The notes beneath the pieces are model-generated. The model made no database searches and was not told the origin of the DNA. It saw only the letters and a program-made list of their open reading frames with translations. This document shows positions 10,100-18,860 of a DNA stretch of 64,000 nt, piece after piece; the first letter of the stretch is position 1; every line of letters begins with the position of its first letter. The translations under genes were made by a program, and so were the position numbers. Source of the stretch: a virus; IMG/VR virus record IMGVR_UViG_3300042907_000878, positions 27,283-91,282 of that record, one strand, 5' to 3'.

Positions 10100-11968
10100 A
10101 TGGGACGAGGATGTGGCTGTTGTAAAACTTTAAATAATTATAATATTTTTGTAAAATTTGTTCCATATGTGGCAACATCATATTCTGTACCCTTTCCCCC
10201 GCCACCTTCTGGTGACGGTTGTAATGATTTAGAATATATAAATAAATATTTTTATGATTTATCTTTAACTGGATGTGGTGGCGCTCCACCATTACCCGCT
10301 ATCCAAGATTCTATAAATATACCTTCATGTGTTTCTGAAGTTAAAAAAAATACACTAAAAAGAAATTATGATAGTAATAAATTATATATATCTCCATTAA
10401 TAGAAGATTTTAATTTATATATAAATGATAATTTAGAATTATCTGATGAATTTTCTTATTTATTACCAAGACAAGTAACTTATAATGAATATAATCCCGG
10501 TGGCGAAAAGTATAACTACTGGAGAGGTAATGCAATAAATTATATATATAATTATGATTTAGGTGTAATAAATCCAGAAGATAAAAAATTATCTACTTCC
10601 ACCCAAATAAATGGATATAAAGGCTTTAATTATACTCCACTTTCAACATTATGCACAGTACTATTAGGAAAAGTAAGATATATCTCTAATAGAGATTGTT
10701 TAATCAAAGCTGATGCTGATTTTTATAATAGTTCTGATGTCTACACTCAGTATGGATTTGTACCATGTGGTGACGGAGCGATCTTAAAAGGATCATATAT
10801 TATAGATGAAGGTATTGTTTATGATATAAATGAATATATATCTAAAATTGAAGTGCCTTCTACTAGTTATCAAAGTGTAACTATAACTTATCCGATAATA
10901 ATTACATATTCTGGAAATAAAGCTAATGTTACAGGAAGTAATTCTGGATCAGCAACATATAAAACTACACTTTCATTTACTTCAGTTAATAGTGCCAGTA
11001 CTAATATTCAACCTCAAGTTGAATATGTTCGAGACTCTTTTAGAATTATAGGTAATACAGAAGTATCTTCAAACGCTTCGGAATCATATGAAAATTGCGC
11101 AACTACTGAACGATTTAAAAAATATCCTTTTAATCCTGTGAATCCTTGTGGACTTCCAATTATTAAAGATCAATATATTTGCGGTAGACATATCGAAAAC
11201 TCCGGTCCAAAAAGACTAGTAATATCAATGGCTCCAAAATTTACATTTGGCTCAGCTTTTGTTAGATTAAAATATATAAATAATGGTGAATTTGCAGTTA
11301 AATTTATAGATTTACCTATAATATCACTTTCTTCATCATATGCATCAATATATTCTTCAGCCCGTATAGAGGCTTATGCTTTACTAAAAGGTTCTATATC
11401 TAAAAATGGAGAATATATTTATACAAATAATTTTCAAATAACTATTTGTGAAGACAATGCAGATGTGACTTCGGAAGATGGGGAGGTTTTGATTGAATAT
11501 TCTGGATACGAAAGACCAGTAATTACTGATTCATTGCAAGCTATACCAAATGGAATTGGCGCTAATGCCGCAATAACTAGTTATAATTGTGGAGTAGACT
11601 TTAAAGTTGATAAGGTTCCAGCTAAAACAATTGGTATTTATTATGCATATTCTCCTTTTGCCTTGTCTAACTTAGGAGTTCCTTTTTTGGGAGGCTTTAT
11701 AAGTAAAATAGTAAATGATCCATGCGAAGAGCCACAACCCAATGTATCGGACCCTCCTTTATTTACGCAATGGAATACTAGATTTGCTTATGAAACAAGA
11801 TATGAGTTTGGAGAAGGCGCTGGAACGCCTATAAATTCAAGACCAGTAGGAGCGGAAATAAATATAGATGGAAAAATATTTCCAGTAGATGGATTGACTG
11901 ACGCTTTGTATCTATATTTTAGAGATTTTAATTATGACCTTATATATATAAATCAGGAAATTAACTAA
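10100..11968 (+). CDS. Cys-rich putative tail fibre/receptor-binding protein
   Basis: Likely start ATG 10100 (MGRGCGCCK), 1 nt after upstream stop; very AT-rich and Y/N/I-rich. Confidence 0.45.
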   Translation: MGRGCGCCKTLNNYNIFVKFVPYVATSYSVPFPPPPSGDGCNDLEYINKYFYDLSLTGCGGAPPLPAIQDSINIPSCVSEVKKNTLKRNYDSNKLYISPLIEDFNLYINDNLELSDEFSYLLPRQVTYNEYNPGGEKYNYWRGNAINYIYNYDLGVINPEDKKLSTSTQINGYKGFNYTPLSTLCTVLLGKVRYISNRDCLIKADADFYNSSDVYTQYGFVPCGDGAILKGSYIIDEGIVYDINEYISKIEVPSTSYQSVTITYPIIITYSGNKANVTGSNSGSATYKTTLSFTSVNSASTNIQPQVEYVRDSFRIIGNTEVSSNASESYENCATTERFKKYPFNPVNPCGLPIIKDQYICGRHIENSGPKRLVISMAPKFTFGSAFVRLKYINNGEFAVKFIDLPIISLSSSYASIYSSARIEAYALLKGSISKNGEYIYTNNFQITICEDNADVTSEDGEVLIEYSGYERPVITDSLQAIPNGIGANAAITSYNCGVDFKVDKVPAKTIGIYYAYSPFALSNLGVPFLGGFISKIVNDPCEEPQPNVSDPPLFTQWNTRFAYETRYEFGEGAGTPINSRPVGAEINIDGKIFPVDGLTDALYLYFRDFNYDLIYINQEIN

Positions 11969-12243
11969 TGTTACTAGATTCTATTAAAAATTATATTATC
12001 AGTGGATTTTCAAATGTAAGTGACAACACAAAACAAAATAGATTAAATATATGTAAATCCTGCGAGCATTTTAATGAATCTTTACATCAATGCAAGCACT
12101 GCGGATGTTTTCTTCATATAAAAACCTCTTGGGCAACTGAGAAATGCCCACTTGACAAATGGGTTGCTGAAATTGAACAAATCCAACATCCTCCAATCGA
12201 CCAAAATACACCTTCTGGAGATTGCGGATGCAACAAAAAATAA
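11968..12243 (+). CDS. Small Cys-rich protein (DUF6171-like)
   Basis: RLNICxxC...QCxxCGCF...K...CPxxKW pattern. Confidence 0.65.
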   Translation: MLLDSIKNYIISGFSNVSDNTKQNRLNICKSCEHFNESLHQCKHCGCFLHIKTSWATEKCPLDKWVAEIEQIQHPPIDQNTPSGDCGCNKK

Positions 12244-12251
12244 TGTGTATA
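12244..12251 (+). promoter_or_regulatory. TGTGTATA putative phage late-promoter element
   Basis: Same octamer lies upstream of genes at 42282 and 60681 on the - strand. Confidence 0.45.
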
Positions 12252-12308
12252 TTATAATGACATGTCAAAAAACCTTTAAAGGTAAAATAGTAACTTAGGA
12301 GATCTCTT

Positions 12309-13271
12309 ATGGCAAGTATTAGTTTTGAAGTATTAGATAATAGCAATCCGGGCATCGGAAGCGGCATTAGCGCTTCGGGCCTCGGATTCTATGGAAGTGG
12401 AGGTTTTGGAACAAGTGTTCCTCTGCTTAATTATCAAGGTAAAACATTTGTAACAAGCTCTGATGGAACTAATCAAGGTCCAGAAGCAAGAAACGTACAA
12501 TTTACAAGCGTATCTGGATGTACAATTTCTGCTGGCACAGGATTATTATCCAAGATTAATTCTTCAGAAGCTACACTAGTTGTTAATTTTGACCATACAG
12601 CAAGTGTTAAAGTTCAAAACGCACAGCTCCGTATTTATGACCGCGATAACATTGACAACCCTGCGAGTGGAGTTATCACTAAAATTGCAGAAGTTGCTAA
12701 TTTTGGTGGTGGTACAATTAGCTACAGCACATGGGTTGGCAATAATGGCAACGATATTTTAACCACTGTTGGTTCGGGCGATGCATTCTGGTGGGGCGCT
12801 CCTTGGCCAAATAATCACTGCTATGTTCCATTCCAAGGGACAACAGTTAATCGTCCATACTATCAAAACTCTGTGGGTGTTAAATTCTATAATTTTACAG
12901 ATGTTCAAGACGCTGCAAATAGTGGTAATCCTCACCCAAGCCTTTCTGGATTATCAAGTCCCGGCAAGCAAACAGTTGGTGGAAGTGGATTAATTGTTCC
13001 CTTGTCAGACTCTCCGGGAAGTGGTGGTCGCGGCCTTGCCTCTCCATTACACACGGGCGCTCCAAAATATTGCCAATATATCAATGCAACTTCTCAGGGG
13101 ACTTTACTGGGAGCCAATACAACATTTGATAGTGGCAGTTTGTTAGCTAGTATGTATGGTGGAACTGGTGCTGATACACGCCACACTTGGAGGGTTGCGA
13201 TTTCTTCCGCTCCTCTAAGCATTGGAAGTAAAACCCAGTTTGGTATGTATATCAGTCTAGAATATCTATAA
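12309..13271 (+). CDS. Gly/Ser/Thr-rich putative virion protein
   Basis: 320 aa; AGGAG RBS; last gene of the + strand module. Confidence 0.55.
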   Translation: MASISFEVLDNSNPGIGSGISASGLGFYGSGGFGTSVPLLNYQGKTFVTSSDGTNQGPEARNVQFTSVSGCTISAGTGLLSKINSSEATLVVNFDHTASVKVQNAQLRIYDRDNIDNPASGVITKIAEVANFGGGTISYSTWVGNNGNDILTTVGSGDAFWWGAPWPNNHCYVPFQGTTVNRPYYQNSVGVKFYNFTDVQDAANSGNPHPSLSGLSSPGKQTVGGSGLIVPLSDSPGSGGRGLASPLHTGAPKYCQYINATSQGTLLGANTTFDSGSLLASMYGGTGADTRHTWRVAISSAPLSIGSKTQFGMYISLEYL

Positions 13272-13277
13272 TTATAA

Positions 13278-13376
13278 ATTACCGAGAGATTAGCTGGCGA
13301 TCTTTTTATCGTTTCGAATCGCGACTCATTCTCGTAATATAACTGAAGACGAACGATTGCAAGTTATATCGGTAAT
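13278..13376. ncRNA. Candidate structured RNA (multi-branch)
   Basis: Closing stem attaccga/tcggtaat, inner stems tataact/agttata and ggcgat/atcgtt; hand-folded only. Confidence 0.35.
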
Positions 13377-13380
13377 AAAT

Positions 13381-13410
13381 AAAAAAGCCCCGTTTTACCG
13401 GGGCTTTTTT
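13381..13410. terminator. Bidirectional intrinsic terminator
   Basis: aaaaaagccccg-ttttac-cggggctttttt between convergent modules. Confidence 0.9.
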
Positions 13411-13414
13411 GTCT

Positions 13415-13759
13415 TTACACTTCTTTATTTTGTGACTTGTCCCATCTCATCCAGCCACCATCAGGTAGCCACTTATCGTCCTTGTCTTTTCGTCTTGGAA
13501 ATAAACCTCCACCTTTTTTATGAACACCGAAAGCGAGTTTAGCTCGACACTCTCTGCTTGTACATCTAAGTTCATAATATTCATTTTCTTCTGCATCTTT
13601 ACGAACAACGTGACTCAATCCATCATATCCGCACTTTCCGCAAATTGAAATAGCAAAAACTTCTTCAAGGTCTGCTAATTGCTTAAAAGCGTCTGTCATC
13701 TTATCTGCTTCAACACTAATTGTAGAATTGCCAACCTTTTGTGAAATCGTAAAACTCAT
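13415..13759 (-). CDS. Zn-ribbon hypothetical protein
   Basis: CGKC and CxxxxC motifs; W/G/K-rich C-terminus; ATGA-coupled. Confidence 0.6.
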   Translation of the reverse strand: MSFTISQKVGNSTISVEADKMTDAFKQLADLEEVFAISICGKCGYDGLSHVVRKDAEENEYYELRCTSRECRAKLAFGVHKKGGGLFPRRKDKDDKWLPDGGWMRWDKSQNKEV

Positions 13760-14511
13760 TCAGCACTCTCCTTTAAAATTTCTACCGGAATTGATTTGCT
13801 ATTGTTTTGATAGTCATTCAATAGCTTAATCATATTAATTGCAGTCTTCTTACTCACACTCTCAAGTTTATCATAATTCTTTTCTCCAATATTAATATAC
13901 TTGAGGACATCAATATTAAGCTCTCTACATTTATTAGTTAATAGACGAATTTGAGCATCGCTAATAGGATCTTCTTCTCTATAACTACCATCCGTAGGAG
14001 ATGTTTTCATAACTTCTCGCACTGCCTTAGCAACATCTCTATTTCTGGTAAGCTCTTCAGCAGCAACACAGTTAAGCATTAGTAGCTTTCTTAAGCATCT
14101 GCCTTCTGCTCTTGTTGCAGCAGTTTCATCTGGATATCCTAAGAATAAGTCGTCAGTATTAACTGCCGATACACCAGCCATATCGCCAATTGTAACCAAC
14201 TGTCCGCTATCAGTTTCTATAGTTACTTCATATCGAACAACTGTTCTTGGAGTCGGGCTTTGCACGTTGATAACCTCTACGGGGCGACTAACAATAATCT
14301 CTCCCATTAAAAGTCGAGCAACTCTTCGCAGTCCATAACAGTTAGGATATTTTTTATCATTAATCTCAATTAGTTCGTTATCGGCGAATTTACTCATAAC
14401 GAAATCATGCCACTCTGGAGATAGTGGGTCTGGGGTTTCTGGGTCTGTTACACCTTCAACAATATCTACAAGGCTCCGTTTGTCGAATACGCTATCGCTA
14501 TCATCAATCAT
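13756..14511 (-). CDS. Putative single-strand annealing protein (Rad52/ERF/Red-beta-like)
   Basis: AATRAEGRCLRKLL...AEEL helix motif and C-terminal ISDAQIRLL domain typical of phage SSAPs. Confidence 0.55.
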   Translation of the reverse strand: MIDDSDSVFDKRSLVDIVEGVTDPETPDPLSPEWHDFVMSKFADNELIEINDKKYPNCYGLRRVARLLMGEIIVSRPVEVINVQSPTPRTVVRYEVTIETDSGQLVTIGDMAGVSAVNTDDLFLGYPDETAATRAEGRCLRKLLMLNCVAAEELTRNRDVAKAVREVMKTSPTDGSYREEDPISDAQIRLLTNKCRELNIDVLKYINIGEKNYDKLESVSKKTAINMIKLLNDYQNNSKSIPVEILKESAE

Positions 14512-15280
14512 TTGATAACTCCACTTCTATAAGTCTATGTGTTTTGTCGGGAAATTTGGATTCAATCTTTTGTAACTCAGATTTGATTAGCTGTAATAAC
14601 TTATTGTTATTAAATGCAGAAACATGTTTGACTAGATACTTAACTCTGATAACGCAAAAACCTCTTGTTATCAATGCCCCACTTTTTATAGCATCATATT
14701 TGATTGCCCTTTGTAAACTCTTTTCACCAAAAACTGGAATAAAGTGTTGTGGCCCATCAATTTCAATAGCAGTTAACAGATCTGGCAAGTACAAATCTAT
14801 TTCATACTTTTCGCCGGGAATCAATCCGACCTTATGCATTATAACATTGTAACCAGCTTTTGTCAAGTGTTCATAGAGATATTTTTCAGCTTTTGATCCC
14901 TCGGTACTCGCCTTCCTGAGAGCCTCTCCTGCGAGCTGTTGTTTGTGACTTTTTTCTTCTGGGGTTTGCGAGTTCCACCTTTCTTGGGCGTTTTTCTTAA
15001 ATTCTTCCACAGCATCTTCAGACATTAAAGCCCACTGCTTCGCCCTGCCAGCCCCAATTTTAGCTTTCTCCTCGTCTGTTCTAGTTTTGCCAAGCGTAGG
15101 AGGCTTTAACCTACCGCTTTCCACTGCCGCTTTTGCTGCATCTTCTTTGTTTCTTAATTCTTTGCCAGCTTTTTTTAAAGATCTAGCAATCTTATTAGGA
15201 TAAGTACTAAATATCTTGGCGATATCTCTTATACTTTTCCCTTCGTCATACATTTTAATGATTTCATTTATTTCAAGCAT
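14504..15280 (-). CDS. Vsr/DUF559-type endonuclease with HTH and NUMOD3-like linker (homing-endonuclease-like)
   Basis: N-terminal HTH (GKSIRDIAK), GKTRTDEEKAKIG, and SKAE...IDLY...AIEIDGPQH. Confidence 0.7.
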   Translation of the reverse strand: MLEINEIIKMYDEGKSIRDIAKIFSTYPNKIARSLKKAGKELRNKEDAAKAAVESGRLKPPTLGKTRTDEEKAKIGAGRAKQWALMSEDAVEEFKKNAQERWNSQTPEEKSHKQQLAGEALRKASTEGSKAEKYLYEHLTKAGYNVIMHKVGLIPGEKYEIDLYLPDLLTAIEIDGPQHFIPVFGEKSLQRAIKYDAIKSGALITRGFCVIRVKYLVKHVSAFNNNKLLQLIKSELQKIESKFPDKTHRLIEVELSND

Positions 15281-15699
15281 TCTATCAATCCTTTAATAGA
15301 CTTAGCTACTTTAACTTCTTGGCCACAGTAATTTTCAATAATTTTTTTATGACTTTCGCTTCTTGCAAAGATAGTAAAATTTTTAAGTAATTCTATAGCT
15401 GCTTGATAATTAATTGAGGCGTATAACCATTCAATATTATATAAGTATAAATAATTTTTAGTCTTGCAATTTGTTTGACTAATAATAGACGCACTTTGTA
15501 GGTCAAATGCCACTGCCACACCTTTAAAGTTTGACAATCCATAAACGCCCATAGTTAAGCATTCTGGAATTAGAATTGACGGCATGTGATTTTGAAAAAA
15601 TATGCATTGTGATATTTCTGGCCTTGAGTTGATTTCTTTTAACAAATCATAGTTCAATTCCGAATTTCCCAAATTGTTTACAACAAATCCTAAATTCAT
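15268..15699 (-). CDS. Glycosyltransferase-like (partial GT-B N-terminal domain)
   Basis: 143 aa with a Rossmann-like pattern; located in a GT cluster. Confidence 0.4.
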   Translation of the reverse strand: MNLGFVVNNLGNSELNYDLLKEINSRPEISQCIFFQNHMPSILIPECLTMGVYGLSNFKGVAVAFDLQSASIISQTNCKTKNYLYLYNIEWLYASINYQAAIELLKNFTIFARSESHKKIIENYCGQEVKVAKSIKGLIECLK

Positions 15700-16451
15700 A
15701 ATATTTCCTTTAGCTTTTCAAGAATAACTTTAGCTTCACGATCATATCCAAGATTTTTTACTACTGATGAGAGTGTATGGAAATTCGTGGAACCGCTTAA
15801 AATGCTCTCCTTCGCCTCTTTGATGTTAATGGTGTAATCTGTCTCGATTTCATTCCGAGCGTCACAGAGGCTTGTTATGGGCCAGCAATCGCATAGATAA
15901 CAGTTTATACGGTTTTTCATATCTACAATCGCGTAGGCTGAAGAGTTTAAAGCAGATGCTTTTAGCTGATCTGGTAAAACCCCGCAATAGTTATTGTGAT
16001 TAATAATTCTTTTATCAGAAAAGATTTTATATCGCAAAGATGGTTTAAAATAAAAGGACTCGATATTTTCGATAAAGTCCTCTTCAATACAAACTAGATC
16101 ACTTTTTAAAAAATCTAATTTTGATTTTTTATAATATTTAATCACATCTGCATGAGCTGCATCATCAATAAGTAAAAATGAATTCCCAATTCTTTTGTTT
16201 AAATTAGAAATAGCTTCATTATCTGATTCCTGTGACCTAACAAAACACGTTTTTAGAGCTGGCCTTTCTTCAATGTTTCTAATGATCGATTCGCTTATAT
16301 TCCCTAGACTCCCGATATATATATCTGGATTTACAATATCGAATGAATCGTAAACAGGCATTAATTTTGGATCTAACAAACTAGCTGAAAACCCAGAAAA
16401 AACTCCGGGCGTTGCGTAACTAACAATATTGCTATCTACTAGAATTTTCAT
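15696..16451 (-). CDS. Hypothetical protein, possibly degenerate GT-B fold
   Basis: MKILV start, NPDIYI motif; cluster context. Confidence 0.35.
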   Translation of the reverse strand: MKILVDSNIVSYATPGVFSGFSASLLDPKLMPVYDSFDIVNPDIYIGSLGNISESIIRNIEERPALKTCFVRSQESDNEAISNLNKRIGNSFLLIDDAAHADVIKYYKKSKLDFLKSDLVCIEEDFIENIESFYFKPSLRYKIFSDKRIINHNNYCGVLPDQLKASALNSSAYAIVDMKNRINCYLCDCWPITSLCDARNEIETDYTINIKEAKESILSGSTNFHTLSSVVKNLGYDREAKVILEKLKEIL

Positions 16452-17145
16452 TATTTATATCCTTTAAGCTATCTATCTCTTTTATAAAATTATTTTCAAT
16501 ATCTATACATTCAAATTCAGATCCAAATTCAATCATCTTATTAATAATTTCAAAAGTTAGCAAATGTCTAGTATCGAAATCACTTCTGACCAACAACCTT
16601 CGTAATAAATTTGTGTCATTTGTATTTAAATATGCTATTTGACACCATTTCATTGGCAAGTTATAAGAAAGCATTGTAGCTTTACCATCAACAATAGTTA
16701 TCCCAACTTCTTTTTCTTCAATTCTGTTAGCTTTATCAAATAGTAATGCAGATTTATCCATGTCAATCTTATCAAATATTTTACTCGAAAAAACTAAATC
16801 CCCGTGAAGGAATAATATATTATCTTGCATTGTATTGTTTACGGCTAATCTTAAGCTCTCACCACTATTGCTATCTTCGTGGACTTGATTTTCAACAAAT
16901 CTGGCGGTTTTTCCTATTTTCTTTACAATTTTATGACCTTCTACCCCGCCTACCACTGTTATTTCTGATTTTGTAAATCTGTTTTGGACAATTTCCATTT
17001 GCAAATCTAAAATGATTTTTCCGTCATATTTTAACAAGCATCTTGGTTCATAAGATCTTGTTCTAGCTCCAGCGCCAGCGGCAAGTATGATAACTTGGAC
17101 TGGCAACTGGGCCTTATTTTTAATTTTACGAGTAAATCTATTCAT
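16432..17145 (-). CDS. Nucleotidyltransferase (LicC/NTP_transf-like)
   Basis: VIILAAGAGAR...PRCLL, ENxxxxxSNSGESL and LHGDLVF; start reassigned to 17145 (ATGA overlap). Confidence 0.75.
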   Translation of the reverse strand: MNRFTRKIKNKAQLPVQVIILAAGAGARTRSYEPRCLLKYDGKIILDLQMEIVQNRFTKSEITVVGGVEGHKIVKKIGKTARFVENQVHEDSNSGESLRLAVNNTMQDNILFLHGDLVFSSKIFDKIDMDKSALLFDKANRIEEKEVGITIVDGKATMLSYNLPMKWCQIAYLNTNDTNLLRRLLVRSDFDTRHLLTFEIINKMIEFGSEFECIDIENNFIKEIDSLKDINNENSSR

Positions 17146-17744
17146 ATTACATAAAGTTCTTCTGGAATATGGCAAATAATTGAAACGCTAAATAGATCCA
17201 TTACAAAATCAAAGCTATTGATCTTAAATAAATTTTCTAATAATAGAGTTTTTCTCACTGCAAATTCTTTGATATTGATTTGTGAAGACAGCATTGGTTG
17301 AATGTATTGCAAGTGTACCGGGTGGCCATCTGAGATGTAATCAGAGTATACCAATCCAATTGAACTATCATTAAATTTCTCTATCACTCTTTCAATATAA
17401 TTTTTACTATAAATAGATCCTGAAGTTGCAGTAAATACAATCTCGGTATCTTCGGGTAAAATTGATTTTGCATAGTTCATTATATCAACATTGCTGGCCG
17501 TATTTTTTTCAACAACAATAAAATTATTTTTAGTAGAAATTGTATAGCCCTGATCTTCTCGCGACACAGTTGTTTGTCCACAACAATTGCCACTTAATGA
17601 TTTAGAAATACTTTGGTTTGCATCGCTTGTGTTTGAATTAACCAATATAATATAATTATCTGGCTTTACAGAATTTTCTTCTAGGCTAACAATTGTTTTT
17701 GCAAGGTATGGTTTTTCTGCCAATATTAAAAATGCTATTTTCAT
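17142..17744 (-). CDS. Degenerate GT2-like protein
   Basis: YLAKTIVSL, IGLVYSDY and HIPEELY GT2-like segments; DxD not evident. Confidence 0.5.
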   Translation of the reverse strand: MKIAFLILAEKPYLAKTIVSLEENSVKPDNYIILVNSNTSDANQSISKSLSGNCCGQTTVSREDQGYTISTKNNFIVVEKNTASNVDIMNYAKSILPEDTEIVFTATSGSIYSKNYIERVIEKFNDSSIGLVYSDYISDGHPVHLQYIQPMLSSQINIKEFAVRKTLLLENLFKINSFDFVMDLFSVSIICHIPEELYVI

Positions 17745-18448
17745 AAATCACCCCATTTAACTATCATGTTTGGATCTTTTTCATACACCTTGTGGGCAAA
17801 TGATTTTGTATAATAAGCTTTTTCTTCTTCATTTAATTCGGGTTTGTTGCCGTTCAAGTACTTATATATAAAATTAAAGTAACAAATACCATTAATTTCT
17901 ATATCATCTGGGTTATCGCTATTTTTTAATATGGCAGCTTTTCTTCCATCTTTAAGAATAAACCACTCTAATTTATCTTTAGCTTCTGCGTCAAAATCTT
18001 GTCCTACTATATTTACTAGAGTCCAACCATTTTTATACACTTTTATAAATTGGTCAAGTTTGTAAATATCGTCTAATTGTCCATAGTTTGCAATAATGTC
18101 GTATTTACAGTTGGCAGATTCAAGAATTTTTATTACCTGATAGTTTTTAGTTGGATCATTTGTACTAACTCCAATCCATAATGGATTACTGTCTTTTATT
18201 GCTAGTATATTAGATTCCAAAACTGGCAAGTCTTTAAAATCCTTTAATATGAATAGATATCCCAATTTGATATCTACATCTTCTGGAGTTTTATTTTTAA
18301 CTAAACAAGTTCTATCTAAAATATAGAATTTGTCAAACTTTTGAGCGTTTAACATGCCTAATAAATTAAAAGCGCAGCCAGATTGTTCGGTTTCTACGAT
18401 TGCGTGAACGCAACCCTCGCATGTTAAAGGTGATTCAGTTTTATCCAT
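17741..18448 (-). CDS. Hypothetical protein with N-terminal Cys cluster
   Basis: CEGC...C...C; coupled within the operon. Confidence 0.5.
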   Translation of the reverse strand: MDKTESPLTCEGCVHAIVETEQSGCAFNLLGMLNAQKFDKFYILDRTCLVKNKTPEDVDIKLGYLFILKDFKDLPVLESNILAIKDSNPLWIGVSTNDPTKNYQVIKILESANCKYDIIANYGQLDDIYKLDQFIKVYKNGWTLVNIVGQDFDAEAKDKLEWFILKDGRKAAILKNSDNPDDIEINGICYFNFIYKYLNGNKPELNEEEKAYYTKSFAHKVYEKDPNMIVKWGDL

Positions 18449-18860
18449 TGCGTTTGAACTCCGCATCAAATTCGATATTTTGAATGTTCATAGATTGTAA
18501 ACTTAATTTTGGATATTGCTGGGTAATTTCTTTTAATAAATCTACACTAAGGAATGATCTAATTTCCGAAGGGGCAAATATCGCTTGATTTAGACTTGCT
18601 AAATTTTTAGATTTGCCATAAACGTAAACGAGAAGATCAAAATCGATATCTACGATTTTTAATATTCCCCCAATCCTTAGTTTTTTATATGCTAATGCAA
18701 TTGTTTGTGCAACTTGATCGATGGGTAATTTTCTTAAAACCCCATCCAGAACAATTGCCGTGCATTCGGAATCTTCTGCAATATAATTCATAATCTGAGG
18801 TTCGCTAATATTTTTATACGAACCGTTGTCAACAGCTCTACTACCAATATAAATTTTCAT
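18441..18860 (-). CDS. Methyltransferase-like protein (degenerate class I SAM-MT)
   Basis: YKKLRIGGILKIVDIDFD matches the LxPGG motif region; no clear GxGxG. Confidence 0.5.
   Translation of the reverse strand: MKIYIGSRAVDNGSYKNISEPQIMNYIAEDSECTAIVLDGVLRKLPIDQVAQTIALAYKKLRIGGILKIVDIDFDLLVYVYGKSKNLASLNQAIFAPSEIRSFLSVDLLKEITQQYPKLSLQSMNIQNIEFDAEFKRNG

Noticed and set aside
13290-13360. Hammerhead ribozyme (CTGAAGA on +; TGAG...GAAAC on -)
   Set aside because: The + strand lacks stem II plus GAAA after CUGANGA. The - strand lacks CUGA and has GCC rather than GUH at the cleavage position.
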